A DNA stretch of 64,000 nucleotides, taken from the NCBI GenBank assembly GCA_964187785.1, contig OZ076409.1, positions 70,930,001 through 70,994,000 of the forward strand. The letters are read 5' to 3'. This DNA is from Amphiscolops sp. MND2022. Taxonomy: Eukaryota. Shown piece by piece: positions 38,782 to 53,700 of this stretch; positions within the stretch are counted from its first letter, which is position 1, and each line of letters begins with the position of its first letter. Under the pieces are notes generated by a model. That model ran no database searches and had not been told where the DNA came from. It was given only the letters and a program-made list of their open reading frames with translations. Both the position numbers and the translations under genes were made by a program.

Positions 38782-41700
38782 GTGCGGGGGGGTAACCCCA
38801 ACAAAATTTTTGGAGGATTCGGGTAGGGTCCTGAATCCGAGTTCAGTGCTGCCAGCTTTCGTTAAGAAAATTTGGATAGGATTCGGGATCTCGTGATCTA
38901 ACCATAGGATTTTAAAGTTGGAGCGGCCCCCACCAGATTTTCCGAAAATTAGCGCCCCCCACCGGGTTCCATACCCCGGAAAATTTTTTTCTGGCCACAC
39001 GGGCGACCGTTAGGGGGTCATTTTAGGGGTAAAATTCATATTGGGCCACATAACTTTTTTTCTGTTGATTTAAAACTTTGGGACCCTGCTAAAAGTTTCT
39101 TGACCGTGTTGCAGGGGCCCCGGAGGTCCAAACCAAATTTTTCTATCTTGAAGCTATCTCCAAGTACCCCCCCCCCCCGCCCAAAACGTTATTTTTCCGG
39201 AAACGCAGGTTTTTGACCCGGAAGGAGTCGTCGGAGCGCGGGGTCGTTAGGTGATGTATTGGGGACGGCCTTGAGACGAAGTGGGGGACATGCAGTTTGC
39301 CAACCCCAGTTTACCCCCCGGACGGGAAATGACCGTTATATGAGCGGGAAAAATGCCCCCCTCCACGTTTTACCGCTATTTCCGGTGTGAAGGAGTGGGA
39401 GTAGCGCGTCGGGTGCCATATATCAAAAGTAGGTTTAAACAAGGAACTATCGGAAACATGTGGTTTGGGACCCCCTGGACCAACCCGTTAGCGGGAAATG
39501 GGACTTCCGCCTCCTTTTTTTACGGTTAAAAACGGAAAATGGGCATTGAGGGGTAAATATCTCGTGAACGCGTGGAGCTACGGTGTCCTTCACTACTACA
39601 AGGTTTCATACCCATGATATGGTGCCTTCAGGGGGGCAAACAGATTTCCGCTATCTATCACCGTTACGGACTTGGCCCCCCAGCCTAACCGTTAAGTGAC
39701 CGGAAATGTCATATTTTGAACCCAAAGGGTCGATCCTAGCCGGGCAACGTTAGGTAACAAATTGTAGTACTCATTGAGACGAGTTGGGGGATCTAGTTTC
39801 AGTCACCCCCCGTTACCCCTTGAGACCGGAAATGACCGTTATGTGAGTAGAATTGCAATTTTTATACCTTTTGAAGGGCATTTAGGTGCGGAAGGAATGG
39901 TAATAGGTGCTTGGACACTATATGATGTAATGGAGGTCGTGAGGAGAGCATTCGGAAGTAACCGTTACGTTGACCCCAAAGTCCCCCTGGTACCGTTAAC
40001 AACCGGAAATGGCCAAATTTTGTGTTTATAGGGTACAAATGTTTGGTATTTTATGGATAAAAGTACCTGGAAGGTGTTTTAAAGGCCTCCAGAAGTGAAC
40101 ATAGTCATGAAACTTTGTGGGGGGTAACGGTATATAGCACCGGAAGTCCAAACCGTTAGTTACAGAATAGGTTTTTTGGTTTCAAAATGTCTTTAGGCGT
40201 AGTTTTGTGGGTTGAATCGTCATAATATCAACTAATACGGACTTTTTTCGGAAATAAAATTTTTTCACATTAGTTTCAGGGACCTCCAATGTTTCAGTCA
40301 ACATAACCGTTACATTTTGATAGCCTTTCAAGTTGGCCTGGTGTCAACTTGGAAGGGCTATCCTTCTAAAATCGTTAATCAAGAGTGTTTTCGGGTAGGT
40401 GTATGTTGCATTAGTACCAATTAGAGCTTCATCAACAGTTTGCCAACGGCAAAAACGATGTCGTGATAATTCCGTTATAACAATATTAATTAACAAATTG
40501 TTTCCAAAGTTGATTTTTTTCCATTCGAAATGTGTCCCAATGCCACCAAATTGAATAAAATAATAAATGGTATTGACTAAAACTAAATAACATTGAAAAA
40601 GAAGCTCAACATTTTTAATAGGTCTCATTATGGAAGCTGAAACCTCACGTTTTAACTTAATTAACGTCAACGCCACATACTTTACACCAACGCCCACCGT
40701 CTGTGGGCATGCCGAGGCATGCCCTTCGACGACGTATACCAAATACATTTCATATCTACACCCACCCGCGGTAGCAGCTAGGTGCGGGGGGGAAACCCCA
40801 ACAAAATTTTTGGAGGATTCGGGTAGGGTCCTGAATCCGAGTTCAGTGCTGCCAGCTTTCGTTAAGAAAATTTGGATAGGATTCGGGATCTCGTGATCTA
40901 ACCATAGGATTTTAAAGTTGGAGCGGCCCCCACCAGATTTTCCGAAAATTAGCGCCCCCCACCGGGTTCCATACCCCGGAAAATTTTTTTCTGGCCACAC
41001 GGGCGACCGTTAGGGGGTCATTTTAGGGGTAAAATTCATATTGGGCCACATAACTTTTTTTCTGTTGATTTAAAACTTTGGGACCCTGCTAAAAGTTTCT
41101 TGACCGTGTTGCAAGGGCTCCGGAGGTCCAAACCAAATTTTTCTAGCTTGAAGCTATCTCCAAGTACCCCCCCGCCCAAAACGTTATTTTTCCGGAAACG
41201 CAGGTTTTTGACCCGGAAGGAGTCGTCTGAGCGCGGGGTCGTTAGGTGATGTTTTGGGGACGGCCTTGAGACGAAGTGGGGGACATGTAGTTTACCAACC
41301 TCGGTTTACCCCTCGGACAGGAAATGACCGTTATATGAGCGGGAAAAATGCCCCCCTCCACGTTTTACCGCTATTTCCGGTGTGAAGGAGTGGGAGTAGC
41401 GCGTCGGGTGCCATATATCAAAAGTAGGTTTAGACAAGGATCTATCGGAAACATGTGGTTTGGGACCCCCTGGACCAACCCGTTAGCAGGAAATGGGGCT
41501 TCCGGCCCGTTTTTTTACGGTTGAAAACGGAAAATGGGCATTGAGGGGTAAATATCTCGTGAACGCGTGGAGCTACGGTGTCCTTCACTACTACAAGGTT
41601 TCATACCCATGATATGGTGCCTTCAGGGGGGCAAACAGATTTCCGCTATCTATCACCGTTACTGACTTGGCCCCCCAGCCTAACCGCTATGTGACCGGAA

Positions 41701-44700
41701 ATGTCACTTTTTGAGCCCAAAGGGTCGGTCCCAGCCGGGGAACGTTAGGTAACTTATTGTAGCACTCAATGAGACGAGTTGGGGGACATAGTTTCAGTCA
41801 CCCCCCGTTACCCCTTGAGACCGGAAATGACCGTTATGTGGGTAAATTTGCATTTTTTATACTCTTTGAAGTGCATTTATGTGCGGAAGGAGTGGTAATA
41901 GGTGCTTGGACACTATATGAGGTAAGGGAGGACGTGAGGCGAGCATTCGGAAATAACCGTTATGTTGACCCTAAAGTCCCCCTGGTACCGGAAGTGACCC
42001 GTAATGGTCAAATTTTGTGTTCAAAGGGTACAAATGTTTGGTGTTTTATGGATAACAGTGCCTATTAGGTGTTTCGACGGTCTGCAGTCGTGAACATAGT
42101 CATGAAACCTTGTGGGGGGTAACGGTATATAGCACCGGAAGTCCAAAACTTTGGAGAAAGGATAAGTGTTTTGGTTTTAAAATGTCTTTCGGCCTACTTT
42201 TGTCGACTATTATGGTCTATTTTTGAAAAATAAAGTTTTTCCATATAGTTTCAGAGACTCCGAAACCTCAACCAACATAACCGTTACGTTATGATAGCCT
42301 TTCAAGTTGGCCTGGTGTCAACTTGGAAGGGCTATCCTTCAAAAATCATTAATCAAGTGTGTTTTTGAGTATGTTTGTATTACTTTAGAATCAATTAGAG
42401 CTTCAAGAAAAGTTTGCCAACGACAAAAACTATGTCGTGATGATTCCGTTATTAGAATAATGGTTAAGAAAATGTTGATAAATTTGATTTTTTACATTTC
42501 AAATGTGTCCTAAATGCCAGAAAACCTCTTTACCAAACAAATGGTTTTGAGTGAATTGTATATAACAGCTAATAAAAGTTCAAATTGAATCTTACGTTTC
42601 ATTATTCAAGCTAAAACTTCATAACATAGTTTAATTAACGTCAACGCCACACACTTTACATCAACGCCCACCGTCCGTAGGCATGCCGAGGCATGCCTTT
42701 CGACGACGTATACCAGATTCCACCCACACAACACCCCCGAGCGCGGTAGCAGCTAGGTGCGGGGGGGAAACCCCAACAAAATTTTTGGAGGATTCGGGTA
42801 GGGTCCTGAATCCGAGTTCAGTGCTGCCAGCTTTCGTTAAGAAAATTTGGATAGGATTCGGGATCTCGTGATCTAACCATAGGATTTTAAAGTTGGAGCG
42901 GCCCCCACCAGATTTTCCGAAAATTAGCGCCCCCCACCGGGTTCCATACCCCGGAAAATTTTTTTCTGGCCACACGGGCGACCGTTAGGGGGTCATTTTA
43001 GGGGTAAAATTCATATTGGGCCACATAACTTTTTTTCTGTTGATTTAAAACTTTGGGACCCTGCTAAAAGTTTCTTGACCGTGTTGCAGGGGCCCCGGAG
43101 GTCCAAACCAAATTTTTCTATCTTGAAGCTATCTCCAAGTACCCCCCCGCCCAAAACGTTATTTTTCCGGAAACGCAGGTTTTTGACCCGGAAGGAGTCG
43201 TCGGAGCGCGGGGTCGTTAGGTGATGTATTGGGGACGGCCTTGAGACGAAGTGGGGGACATGCAGTTTGCCAACCCCAGTTTACCCCCCGGACGGGAAAT
43301 GACCGTTATATGAGCGGGAAAAATGCCCCCCTCCACGTTTTACCGCTATTTCCGGTGTGAAGGAGTGGGAGTAGCGCGTCGGGTGCCATATATCAAAAGT
43401 AGGTTTAAACAAGGAACTATCGGAAACATGTGGTTTGGGACCCCCTGGACCAACCCGTTAGCGGGAAATGGGACTTCCGCCTCCTTTTTTTACGGTTAAA
43501 AATGGAAAATGGGCATTGAGGGGTAAATATCTCGTGAACGCGTGGAGCTACGGTGTCCTTCACTACTACAAGGTTTCATACCCATGATATGGTGCCTTCA
43601 GGGGGGCAAACAGATTTCCGCTATCTATCACCGTTACGGACTTGGCCCCCCAGCCTAACCGTTAAGTGACCGGAAATGTCATATTTTGAACCCAAAGGGT
43701 CGATCCTAGCCGGGCAACGTTAGGTAACAAATTGTAGTACTCATTGAGACGAGTTGGGGGATCTAGTTTCAGTCACCCCCCGTTACCCCTTGAGACCGGA
43801 AATGACCGTTATGTGAGTAGAATTGCAATTTTTATACCTTTTGAAGGGCATTTAGGTGCGGAAGGAATGGTAATAGGTGCTTGGACACTATATGATGTAA
43901 TGGAGGTCGTGAGGAGAGCATTCGGAAGTAACCGTTACGTTGACCCCAAAGTCCCCCTGGTACCGTTAACAACCGGAAATGGCCAAATTTTGTGTTTATA
44001 GGGTACAAATGTTTGGTATTTTATGGATAAAAGTACCTGGAAGGTGTTTTAAAGGCCTCCAGAAGTGAACATAGTCATGAAACTTTGTGGGGGGTAACGG
44101 TATATAGCACCGGAAGTCCAAACCGTTAGTTACAGAATAGGTTTTTTGGTTTCAAAATGTCTTTAGGCGTAGTTTTGTGGGTTGAATCGTCATAATATCA
44201 ACTAATACGGACTTTTTTCGGAAATAAAATTTTTTCACATTAGTTTCAGGGACCTCCAATGTTTCAGTCAACATAACCGTTACATTTTGATAGCCTTTCA
44301 AGTTGGCCTGGTGTCAACTTGGAAGGGCTATCCTTCTAAAATCGTTAATCAAGAGTGTTTTCGGGTAGGTGTATGTTGCATTAGTACCAATTAGAGCTTC
44401 ATCAACAGTTTGCCAACGGCAAAAACGATGTCGTGATAATTCCGTTATAACAATATTAATTAACAAATTGTTTCCAAAGTTGATTTTTTTCCATTCGAAA
44501 TGTGTCCCAATGCCACCAAATTGAATAAAATAATAAATGGTATTGACTAAAACTAAATAACATTGAAAAAGAAGCTCAACATTTTTAATAGGTCTCATTA
44601 TGGAAGCTGAAACCTCACGTTTTAACTTAATTAACGTCAACGCCACATACTTTACACCAACGCCCACCGTCTGTGGGCATGCCGAGGCATGCCCTTCGAC

Positions 44701-47700
44701 GACGTATACCAAATACATTTCATATCTACACCCACCCGCGGTAGCAGCTAGGTGCGGGGGGGAAACCCCATCCCTTATCTTGGAGGATTCGGGTAGGGTC
44801 CTGAATCCGAGTTCAGTGCCGCCAGCTCTCAGTAGAAATCTGGGAAATTTTTTGCGATCTCGTGATCTAACCATAGGATTTTAAAGTTGGAGCGGCCCCC
44901 ACCAGATTTTCCAAAGTTATTCGCCCCCCACCGGGTTCCAGCGTGATTGAAATATTTTGTCGGGGTACACGGGCGACCGTTAGGGGTCATTTTGGGGGTA
45001 AAATTTATATCCGGTCGCATAACTTTTTTCCTGTTGGTTTAAAACTTTGGGACCCTGCTAAAAGTTTCTTGACCGTGTTGCGGGGGCTCCGGAGGTCCAA
45101 ACCAAATTTTTCTATCTTGAAGCTATCTCCAAGTACCCCCCCGCCCAAACCGTTATTTTTCCGGAAACGCAGGTTTTTGACCCGGAAGGAGTCGTCTGAG
45201 CGCGGGGTCGTTAGGTGATGTATTGGGGACGGCCTTGAGACGAAGCGGGGGATATATAGTTTGCCGACCCCAGTTTACCCCCCGGACGGGAAACGACCGT
45301 TATATGAGCGGGAAAAATGCCCCCTCCACGTTTTACCGCTATTTCCGGTGTGAAGGAGTGGGAGTAGCGCTTCGGGTGCCATATATCAAAAATAAGTTTA
45401 GACAAGGACCTATCGGAAACATGTAGTTTGGGACCCCCTGGACCAACCCGTTAGCGGGAAATGGGGCTTCCGCCTCCTTTTTTTACTGCTTAAACCGTAA
45501 AATGGGCATTGAGGGGTAAATATCTTGTGAACGCGTGGAGCAATCGTGTCCATCACTACTACAAGGTTTCATACCCATGATATGGTGCCTTCAGGGGGGC
45601 AAACAGATTTCCGCTATCTATCACCGTTACCGACTTGGCCCCCCAGCCTAACCGCTATGTGACCGGAAATGTCACTTTTTGAGCCCAAAGGGTCGGTCCC
45701 AGCCGGAGAACGTTAGGTAACTTATTGTAGTACTCAATGAGACGAGTTGGGGGATATAGTTTCAGTCAACCCCCGTTACCCCTTGGGACCGGAAATGACC
45801 GTTATGTGGGTAAATTTGCAATTTTTATATTCTTTGAAGTGTATTTAGGTGCGGAAGGAGTGGTAATAGGTGCTTGGACACTATATGATGTAATGGAGGT
45901 CGTGAGGAGAGCATTCGGAAATAACCGTTATGTTGACCCCAAAGTCCCCCTGGTACCGTTAACGACCGGAAATGGCCATATTTTGTGTCTATTGGGTACA
46001 AATGTTTGGTATTTTATGGATAAAAGTACCTGGAAGGTGTTTTAAAGGCCTCCAGAAGTGAACATAGTCATGAAACCTTGTGGGGGGTAACGGTATATAG
46101 CACCGGAAGTCCAAACCGTTGGTCACAGAATAGGTTTTTTGGTTTCAAAATGTCTTTAGGCATAGTTTTGTGGGTTGAATCGTCATAATATCAACTAAAA
46201 CGGACTTTTTTCGGAAATAAAATTTTTTCACATTAGTTTCAGGGACCTCCAATGCTTCAGTCAACATAACCGTTACATTTTGATAGCCTTTCAAGTTGAC
46301 CTGGTGTCAACTTGGAAGGGCTATCCTTCTAAAATCGTTAATCAAGAGTGTTTTTGGGTAGGTATATGTTGCATTAGTACCAATTAGAGCTTCATCAACA
46401 GTTTGCCAACGGCAAAAACGATGTCGTGATAATTCCGTTATAAAAATATTAGTTAACAAATTGTTTTCAAAGTTGATTTTTTCCATTAAAAATGTGTCCT
46501 AATGCCACCAAATTGAATAAAATAATAAATGGTATTGACTAAAACTAAATAACAATGAAAAAGAAGATCAACATTTTTATTAGGTCTCATTATGGAAGCT
46601 GAAACCTCACGTTTTAGTTTAATTAACGTCAACGCCACATACTTTACATCAACGCCCACCGTCTGTGGGCATGCCGAGGCATGCCCTTCGACGACGTATA
46701 CCAAATTCTTCCAACACAACACCCCCGAGCGCGGTAGCAGCTAGGTGCGGGGGGGTAACCCCAACAAATATATTGGAGGATTCGGGTAGGGTCCTGAATC
46801 CGATTTTAACTCTAATAGCTATCGATAGGAAATCTTGCAAAAATTTCGGGATCTCGTGATCTAACCATAGGATTTTAAAGTTGGAGCGGCCCCCACCAGA
46901 TTTTCCGAAAATTAGCGCCCCCCACCGGGTTCCAGCGTGATTGAAATATTTTGACGGGGTACACGGGCGACCGTTAGGGGTCATTTTGGGGGTAAAATTT
47001 ATATCCGGTCGCATAACTTTTTTTCTGTTGATTTAAAACTTTGGAACCCTGCTAAAAGTTTCTTGACCGTGTTGCAGGGGCCCCGAAGGTCCAAACCAAA
47101 TTTTTCTATCTTGAAGCTATCTCCAAGTACCCCCCCGCTCAAACCGTTATTTTTCCGGAAACGCAGGTTTTTGACCCGGAAGGAGTCGTCTGAGCGCGGG
47201 GTCGTTAGGTGATGTATTGGGGACGGCCTTGAGACGAAGTGGGGGACAAGTAGTTTGCCAACCTCAATTTACCCCCCGGACGGGAAATGACCGTTATATG
47301 AGCGTGAAAAATGCCCCCCTCCACGTTTTACCCCTATTTCCGGTGTGAAGGAGTGGGAGTAGCGCGTCGGGTGTTATATAACAAAAGTAGGTTTAGACAA
47401 GGACCTATCGGAAACATGTAGTTTGGGACCCCCTGGACCAACCCGTTAGCGGGAAATGGGGCTTCCGCCTCCTTTTTTTAGTGCTAAAACCGTAAAATGG
47501 GCATTGAGGGGTAAATATCTCGTGAACGCGTGGAGCAATCGTGTCCATCACTACTACAAGGTTTCATACCCATGATATGGTGCCTTCAGGGGGGCAAACA
47601 GATTTCCGCTATCTATCACCGTTACCGACTTGGCCCCCCAGCCTAACCGCTATGTGACCGGAAATGTCACTTTTTGAGCCCAAAGGGTCGGTCCCAGCCG

Positions 47701-50700
47701 GGGAACGTCAGGTAACTTATTGTAGTACTCAATGAGACGAGTTGGGGGATGTAGTTTCAGTCACCCCCGTTACCCCTTGGGACCGGAAATGACCGTTATG
47801 TGGGTAAAATTGCATTTTTTATACTTTTTCAAGTGTATTTAGGTGCGGAAGGAGTGGTAATAGGTGCTTGGACACTATATGAGGTAAGGGAGGACGTGAG
47901 GCGAGCATTCGGAAATAACCGTTATGTTGACCCTAAAGTCCCCCTGGTACCGTAAACGACCGGAAATGGTCAAATTTTGTGTCTATTGGGTACAAATGTT
48001 TTGTATTTTGTAGATAAAAGTATCTATTAGGTGTTTCGACGGTCTACAGTAGTGAACATAGTCATGAAACCTTGTGGGGGGTAACGGTATATAGCACCGG
48101 AAGTCAAACCGTTGGAGACAGGATAGGTTTTTTGGTTTTAAAATGTCTTTCGGCGTAATTTTTTCGACTCTTGTGGACTATTTTTAAAAATTAAAGTTTT
48201 TCCATATAGTTTCAGAGACTCCGAAACCTCAACCAACATAACCGTTACCTTATGATAGCCTTTCAAGTTGGCCTGGTGTCAACTTGGAAGCGCTATCCTT
48301 CTGAAATCGTTAATCAAGAGTGTTTTTGGGTAGGTATATATTGCATTAGTACCAATTAGAGCTTCATCAACAGTGTATCAACGACAAAAACTATGCCGTC
48401 ATGATTCCGTTATTAGAATCATAGTGAGCAAATTGTTGAAAAAAATGGTTTTTTCCATACAAAATGTGTCCTAAATGCCAGGAAACCTATTTACCTAACA
48501 AATGGTAATAATTGGAATGTTTGTAACAGATTTATAAAAGTTCAAATTGAATATTACATTTCATTATGGAAGCTGAAACGTCATATTTTAGTTTAATTAA
48601 CGTCAACGCCACACACTTTACATCAACGCACACCGTCTGTGGGCATGCCGAGGCATGCCCTTCGACGACGTATGACAAATCCTTATCAAACGACGCCCGT
48701 ACATCCCGGGCTAGGTGCGGGGGGGAAACCCCAACAAAATTTTTGGAGGATTCGGGTAGGGTCCTGAATCCGAGTTCAGTGCTGCCAGCTTTCGTTAAGA
48801 AAATTTGGATAGGATTCGGGATCTCGTGATCTAACCATAGGATTTTAAAGTTGGAGCGGCCCCCACCAGATTTTCCGAAAATTAGCGCCCCCCACCGGGT
48901 TCCATACCCCGGAAAATTTTTTTCTGGCCACACGGGCGACCGTTAGGGGGTCATTTTAGGGGTAAAATTCATATTGGGCCACATAACTTTTTTCCTGTTG
49001 GTTTAAAACTTTGGGACCCTGCTAAAAGTTTCTTGACCGTGTTGCAGGGGCCCCGGAGGTCCAAACCAAAATTTTCTATCTTGAAGCTATCTCCAAGTAC
49101 CCCCCCGCCCAAAACGTTATTTTTCCGGAAACGCAGGTTTTTGACCCGGAAGGAGTCGTCGGAGCGCGGGGTCGTTAGGTGATGTATTGGGGACGGCCTT
49201 GAGACGAAGCGGGGGACATGCAGTTTGCCAACCCCAGTTTACCCCCCGGACGGGAAATGACCGTTATATGAGCGGGAAAAATGCCCCCTTCCACGTTTTA
49301 CCGCTATTTTCGGTGTGAAGGAGTGGAAGTAGCGCGTCGGGTGCCATATATCAAAAGTAGGTTTAGACAAGGACCTATCGGAAACATGTGGTTTGGGACC
49401 CCCTGGACCAACCCGTTAGCGGGAAATGGGGCTTCCGCCTCCTTTTTTTACTGCTAAAACAGTAAAATGGGCATTGAGGGGTAAATATCTCGTGAACGCG
49501 TGGAGCTACGGTGTCCATCACTACTACAAGGTTTCATACCCATGATATGGTGCCTTCAGGGGGGCAAACAGATTTCCGCTATCTATCACCGTTACTGACT
49601 TGGCCCCCCAGCCTAACCGCTATGTGACCGGAAATGTCACTTTTTGAGCCCAAAGGGTCGGTCCCAGCCAGGGAACGTTAGGTAACTTATTGTAGTACTC
49701 ATTGAGATGAGTTGGGGGACATAGTTTCAGTCACCCCCCGTTACCCCTTAGGACCGGAAATGACCGTTATGTGAGTAAAATTGCCATTTTTGTCCTATTT
49801 GAAGGGCATTTAGATGCGGAAGGAGCGGTAATAGGTGCTTGGACACTATATGATGATAGGGAGGACGTGAGGCGAGCTTTCGGAATTAACCGTTATGTTG
49901 ACCCCAAAGTCCCCCTGGTACCGGAAGTGACCCGTTATGGTCAAATTTTGTGTTTAAAGTGTACAAATGTTTGGTGTTTTTTGGATAACAGTACCTATTA
50001 GGTGTTTCGACGGTCTGCAGTCGTGAACATAGTCATGAAACCTTGTGGGGGGTAAAGGTATATAGCACCGGAAGTCCAAACCGTTGGAGACAGGATAAGT
50101 TTTTTGGTTTTAAAATGTCTTTCGGCCTACTTTTGTTGACTATTATGGACTATTTTTGAAAAATAATTTTTTTCCAAATAGTTTCAGAGACTCCGAAAAC
50201 TCAACCAACATAACCGTTACCTTATGATAGCCTTTCAAGTTGGCCTGGTGTCAACTTGGAAGGGCTATCCTTCAAAAATCATTAATCAAGTGTAATTTTG
50301 AGTATGTTTGTATTACTTTAGAATCAATTAGAGCTTCAAGAAAAGTTTGCCAACGATAAAAACTATGTCGTGATGATTCCTTTATTAGAATAATAGTTAA
50401 CAAAATATTGATAAAGTTGATTTTTTACACTTTAAATGTGTTCTAAATGCCAGAAAACCTCTTTACCAAACAAATGGAATTGATTGAATTGTATATAACA
50501 GCTAATAAAACTTCAAATTGAATATTAGGTTTCATTATGGAAGCTGAAACGTCAAATTATAGTTTAATTAACGTCAACGCCACATACTTTACATCAACGC
50601 CCACCGTCCGTAGGCATGCCGAGGCATGCCTTTCGACGACGTATACCAAATTCCACCCACACAACACCCCCGAGCGCGGTAGCAGCTAGGTGCGGGGGGG

Positions 50701-53700
50701 AAACCCCAACAAAATTTTTGGAGGATTCGGGTAGGGTCCTGAATCCGAGTTCAGTGCTGCCAGCTTTCGTTAAGAAAATTTGGATAGGATTCGGGATCTC
50801 GTGATCTAACCATAGGATTTTAAAGTTGGAGCGGCCCCCACCAGATTTTCCGAAAATTAGCGCCCCCCACCGGGTTCCATACCCCGGAAAATTTTTTTCT
50901 GGCCACACGGGCGACCGTTAGGGGGTCATTTTAGGGGTAAAATTCATATTGGGCCACATAACTTTTTTTCTGTTGATTTAAAACTTTGGGACCCTGCTAA
51001 AAGTTTCTTGACCGTATTGCAAGGGCTCCGGAGGTCCAAACCAAATTTTTCTATCTTGAAGCTATCTCCAAGTACCCCCCCGCCCAAAACGTTATTTTTC
51101 CGGAAACGCAGGTTTTTGACCCGGAAGGAGTCGTCGGAGCGCGGGGTCGTTAGGTGATGTATTGGGGACAGCCTTGAGACGAAGCGGGGGACATGCAGTT
51201 TGCCAACCCCAGTTTACCCCCCGGACGGGAAATGACCGTTATATGAGCGGGAAAAATGCCCCCCTCCACGTTTTACCGCTATTTCCGGTGTGAAGGAGTG
51301 GGAGTAGCGCGTCGGGTGCCATATATCAAAAGTAGGTTTAGACAAGGATCTATCGGAAACATGTGGTTTGGGACCCCCTGGACCAAGCCGTTAGCAGGAA
51401 ATGGGGCTTCCGGCCCGTTTTTTTACGGTTAAAAACGGAAAATGGGCATTGAGGGGTAAATATCTCGTGAACGCGTGGAGCTACGGTGTCCTTCACTACT
51501 ACAAGGTTTCATACCCATGATATGGTGCCTTCAGGGGGGCAAACAGATTTCCGCTATCTATCACCGTTACGGACTTGGCCCCCCAGCCTAACCGTTAAGT
51601 GACCGGAAATGTCATATTTTGAGCCCAAAGGGTCGGTCCCAGTCAGGGAACGTTAGGTAACTTATTGTAGTACTCATTGAGACGAGTTGGGGGACATAGT
51701 TTCAGTCACCCCCCCGTTACCCCTTAGGACCGGAAATGACCGTTATGTGAGTAAAATTGCCATTTTTGTCCTATTTGAAGGGCATTTAGATGCGGAAGGA
51801 GTGGTAATAGGTGCTTGGACACTATATGAGGTAAGGGAGGACGTGAGGCGAGCATTCAGACATAACCGTTATGTTGACCCTAAAGTCCCCTTGGTACCGT
51901 AAACGACCGGAAATGGTCAAATTTTGTGTCTATTGGGTACAAATGTTTGGTATTTTGTAAATAAAAGTATCTATTAGGTGTTTCGACGGTTTGCAGTAGT
52001 GAACATAGTCATGAAACCTTGTGGGGGGTAACGGTATATAGCACCGGAAATCCGAACCGTTGGAGACAGGATAGGTTTTTTGGTTTTAAAATGTCTTTCG
52101 GCGTACTTTTGTCGACTATTATGGACTATTTTTAAAAATAAAAGTTTTTCCATATAGTTTCAGAGACTCCGAAACTTCAACCAACATAACCGTTACTTTA
52201 TGATAGCCTTTCAAGTTGGCCTGGTGTCAACTTGGAAGGGCTATCCTTCAAAAATCGTTAATCAAGTGTATTTTTGGGTATGTTTTATCATTTTAGAATC
52301 AATTAAAGCTCCAAGAAAAGTTTGCCAACGACAAAAACTATGTCGTGATGATTCCGTTATTAGAATGATGGTTAACAAAATGTTGATAAAGTTGATTTTT
52401 TAAATTGCAAATGTGTCCTAAAAGCCAGAAAACCTCTTTACCAAAAAAATGGTATTGATTGAATTGTATATAACAGGTAATAAAAGTTCAAATTGATTAT
52501 TACGTTTCATTATTCAAGCTAAAACTTCATAACATAGTTTAATTAACGTCAACGCCACACACTTTACATCAACGCCCACCGTCTGTGGGCATGCCGAGGC
52601 ATGCCCTTCGACGACGTATGACAAATCCATATCAAACGACGCCCGTACATCCCGGGCTAGGTGCGGGGGGGTAACCCCAACAAAAATTTTGGAGGATTCG
52701 GGTAGGGTCCTGAATCCGAGTTCAGTGCTGCCAGCTTTCGTTAAGAAAATTTGGATAGGATTCGGGATCTCGTGATCTAACCATAGGATTTTAAAGTTGG
52801 AGCGGCCCCCACCAGATTTTCCGAAAATTAGCGCCCCCCACCGGGTTCCATACCCCGGAAAATTTTTTTCTGGCCACACGGGCGACCGTTAGGGGGTCAT
52901 TTTAGGGGTAAAATTCATATTGGGCCACATAACTTTTTTTCTGTTGATTTAAAACTTTGGGACCCTGCTAAAAGTTTCTTGACCGTGTTGCAGGGGCCCC
53001 GGAGGTCCAAACCAAATTTTTCTATCTTGAAGCTATCTCCAAGTACCCCCCCGCCCAAAACGTTATTTTTCCGGAAACGCAGGTTTTTGACCCGGAAGGA
53101 GTCGTCTGAGCGCGGGGTCGTTAGGTGATGTATTGGGGAAGGCCTTGAGACGAAGCGGGGGACATGTAGTTTGCCGACCCCTGTTTACCCCCCGGACGGG
53201 AAATGACCGTTATTTGAGCGGGAAAAATGCCCCCCTCCACGTTTTACCGCTATTTCCGGTGTGAAGGAGTGGGAGTAGCGCTTCGGGTGTTATATAACAA
53301 AAGTAGGTTTAGACAACGACCTATCGGAAACATGTAGTTTTGGACCCCCTGGACCAACCCGTTAGCGGGAAATGGGGCTTCCGCCTCCTTTTTTTACTGC
53401 TAAAACCGTAAAATGGGCATTGAGGGGTAAATATCTCGTGAACGCGTGGAGCTACGGTGTCCATCACTACTACAAGGTTTCATACCCATGATATGGTGCC
53501 TTCAGGGGGGCAAACAGATTTCCGCTATCTATCACCGTTACCGACTTGGCCCCCCAGCCTAACCGCTATGTGACCGGAAATGTCACTTTTTGAGCCCAAA
53601 GGGTCGGTCCCACCCGGGGAACGTTAGGTAACTTATTGTAGTACTCAATGAGACGAGTTGGGGGACATAGTTTCAGTCACCCCCCGTTACCCCTTGGGAC

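Noticed and set aside
39167..39178. Expanded poly-C tract
   Set aside because: Homopolymer slippage or sequencing error; the twin unit has 7 C.
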